DNA of 63,976 bases, counting the filler, from Octopus bimaculoides (Eukaryota): NCBI RefSeq assembly GCF_001194135.2. It is 6 parts of 6 records of this genome, joined end to end, with 100 filler letters (N's around TTAATTAATTAA, not from the genome) between each part and the next. Parts side by side here need not be neighbours in the genome. Positions count along the whole stretch, not along the records: positions 59,068 to 62,252 come from NC_068995.1; positions 62,353 to 63,976 come from NC_069005.1; 4 more parts are not named here. One strand, given 5' to 3'. Below, in pieces: positions 61,787-63,976 of the stretch; position 1 is the first letter of the stretch, and every line of letters starts with the position of its first letter. The position numbers and the translations under genes were made by a program. The notes beneath the pieces are model-generated. The model was given only the letters and a program-made list of their open reading frames with translations. It did no database searches and had not been told where the DNA came from.

Positions 61787-62003
61787 ATGTACGTCGAAGG
61801 ATACTAGCAGTGTTTTCTCATTGACCGCTTTAGGACAGTGGTTGAGCATGTCCAGATCATCCCTTATATAACGCTTGATGTGTTTGAGGAAGGGTTTCAC
61901 TAGAGTGTCCAGGAAGATGTTGAGGCGGTGGGTTTCGCATGCTGAGCCTGCTATTGTTGGTCTTAGTTTCAGGTCATCAGATGATTGGGCCTTGATGACT
62001 ATC
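61787..62003 (-). mobile_element. Penelope-like reverse transcriptase fragment
   Basis: DLKLRPTIAGSACETHRLNIFLDTLVKPFLKHIKRYIRDDLDMLNHCPKAVNEKTLLVSFDV, typical of the Penelope RT RPI...SFDV region. Confidence 0.88.
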
Positions 62004-62179
62004 AAGGATAAATATAATAATGCAGGATAAATATAATAATAACGATAATTCTAGGAATTATTGTTATATATATGTATATGAATTCATAACAAGTTCATAA
62101 CATAAACATTTATTCTCTTGCCATCACATATACACATATTCATACATACACAATAATATGACGTATATATATATGTGTG

Positions 62180-62213
<34 letters not shown>

Positions 62214-62296
62214 GTGTGTGTATATATACACACACACACATATATATACATANNNNNNNNNNNNNNNNNNNNNNNNNNNNNNNNNNNNNNNNNNNN

Positions 62297-62308
62297 TTAA
62301 TTAATTAA
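62297..62308. other. Artificial scaffold-join linker
   Basis: TTAATTAATTAA between 44-N runs. Confidence 0.95.
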
Positions 62309-62354
62309 NNNNNNNNNNNNNNNNNNNNNNNNNNNNNNNNNNNNNNNNNNNNAA

Positions 62355-62612
62355 AGTCGACCTCGGCGGAATTTGAACTCAGAACGTAACGGCAAACGAA
62401 ATACCACTAAGCATTTCGCCAGGCGTGCTAACGTTTCCTATTTCTTTATTGCCCACAAGGGGCTAAACATATAGGGGACAAACAAGGACAGACAAAGGAA
62501 TTAAGTCGATTACATCGAGCCCAGTGCGTAACTGGTACTTAATTTATCGACCCCGAAAGGATGAAAGGCAAAGTCGACCTCGGCGGAATTTGAACTCAGA
62601 ACGTAACGGCAA
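62355..62612 (-). mobile_element. Two tandem/nested SINE family B copies (young)
   Basis: AAAGTCGACCTCGGCGGAATTTGAACTCAGAACGTAACGGCAA occurs twice. Confidence 0.8.
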
Positions 62613-62964
62613 GTTATTTGCAAAACAACTTAACCTTATTCCGTGCTAATTCTCTAAAATCCTATATAGTCCTTTAGTTGTACTAACATTCGCTTTGACT
62701 GTAGGGGTTCGCCTGTTCAGCTGATAATGTTTCATAAAACCAAAGCATGTCTTCAGTTACCTCCACACTCATAAACTTACTCCTTGCTGTATTTTATTTT
62801 TAACGAACTTTAATTAAGATTTCCATGTTTGGCTCCATCTGCTGTCTTCTTTTCCATTTAAATATTCATTTAATGTTACTTCCTTACTCCCTCAAGGCTG
62901 GAAATTTAATGAATTAATATTCCTTATCTCACTATATTAACAAAACAAGTATGCTAGCACCTAC

Positions 62965-63018
62965 TTCACTTGTTCGTCTCGATGCAGAAGAGGACCCTGA
63001 ATATTTTTCATTTGCCAT
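62965..63018 (-). CDS. Candidate first coding exon of an unidentified gene
   Basis: ATA-ATG-G start context, MANEKYSGSSSASRRTSE, GTAGGT donor in phase 0; no partner exon found. Confidence 0.25.
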
Positions 63019-63080
63019 TATTCTCTGTCAGCTGAGGCGATTCTCTTATTTCATAGACGGAGGAATGTGTAGAGGCGTGT

Positions 63081-63112
63081 GGGAAAGGGTGGGGGTGGTT
63101 ATGGGTGTGGGG
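63081..63112 (+). promoter_or_regulatory. G-quadruplex-compatible tract
   Basis: GGGAAAGGGTGGGGGTGGTTATGGGTGTGGGG has five runs of three or more G. Confidence 0.5.
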
Positions 63113-63299
63113 TGTGGTGGTGCTGTAGCTGGCGAGAATGGTCAATGAATGCCAATAATTAAGAAATCGTTAATTGGTATTGGACTAAAATAGTAACTTT
63201 AGAATTTGTAAACAATTTATTCACAAGAATGAGAAGAAGAACAACAACAACAATATCGAATTTTACTTCAGAAGAACAAAGGAATGTCTGATAGGATGA

Positions 63300-63406
63300 A
63301 TGTAGGTGCTTATATAAATATATGTACGCATGTGTGTATATAAGTGTGCTTATATACATATATGTATTTGTATATATATATGTATATGCATATGTGTGTG
63401 TGTCTG

Positions 63407-63463
<57 letters not shown>

Positions 63464-63976
63464 TATCTGTGTGTGTTTGTAACATATATATATATATATA
63501 CATATATATACATATATACATATACACATACACATACACACACACACATACATATATACATACATATATACATGTGTGTGTGTGTGAGAGTAATTATGAA
63601 CGTATTTATTGATGGATGTATAGAAAGATAAACGTATGTTTGTATGTAGGCTTACTTGTGGCGTGAATAAACGTAAGTATACACGTCTATACACCAATAT
63701 ATGTAAGTAGTATATAAAAGCATGTGCGTGTATATATATCTTTATATCTATCTATGTGTACGTGTGCGTGTGTATGTGTGTGTATTTGTACGTGTATATT
63801 TGACTGCATATACGCATCAAGATTTATCAATGCATGCATGCACTTACAGTATATTCTGTTTTTTATGCAAGCCCAAATATGTATAAACACACGCACGCGT
63901 ACGTACATACATGGTTACATGCATACATGTACATATACATAATACTTACATACATACACACATATATACATACATA
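63300..63976. repeat. Degenerate (TA)/(TG)/(CA) microsatellite field
   Basis: Direct reading; explains ORFs 63159-63942. Confidence 0.9.

Noticed and set aside
61960-61985. Minus-strand CTGATGA-CCT-GAAA
   Set aside because: Chance motif inside the Penelope RT coding frame (SDDLKLRP); no stem II.

Overview
AT-rich, repeat-dense animal genomic DNA. The tRNA-derived SINE families, RTE LINEs and microsatellite load look like an octopus genome (inference from repeat content, not a database hit). Five identical 100-bp spacers (44 N + TTAATTAATTAA + 44 N) show the window is six joined segments: 1-21572, 21673-26422, 26523-32269, 32370-58967, 59068-62252 and 62353-63976. Adjacency across these joins is unproven. 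Two host genes are supported by phase-compatible GT-AG exons, both on +: three coding exons of TMEM128 (46506-53185, first exon not found) and two TM3-TM4 exons of an adhesion-type GPCR (23166-24841). The rest is mostly transposon debris: SINEs, RTE, Tx1-like and R4/Dong-like LINEs, Penelope-like fragments, Ty3/gypsy gag-pro, mariner, hAT and a Helitron-like element. Best candidates for follow-up: (i) several minimal type I hammerhead ribozyme motifs in the first 21 kb, two near-canonical; (ii) a small non-autonomous LTR element with 153-bp LTRs, a triplicated tRNA-Ser PBS and an internal repeat array; (iii) foldback elements and perfect hairpins; (iv) a degenerate 45-bp repeat with a 15-residue reading periodicity; (v) a CpG-depleted segment containing TMEM128. 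No rRNA, tRNA gene or CRISPR array was seen. Almost all ORFs in the supplied track are microsatellite, gap or transposon artefacts.
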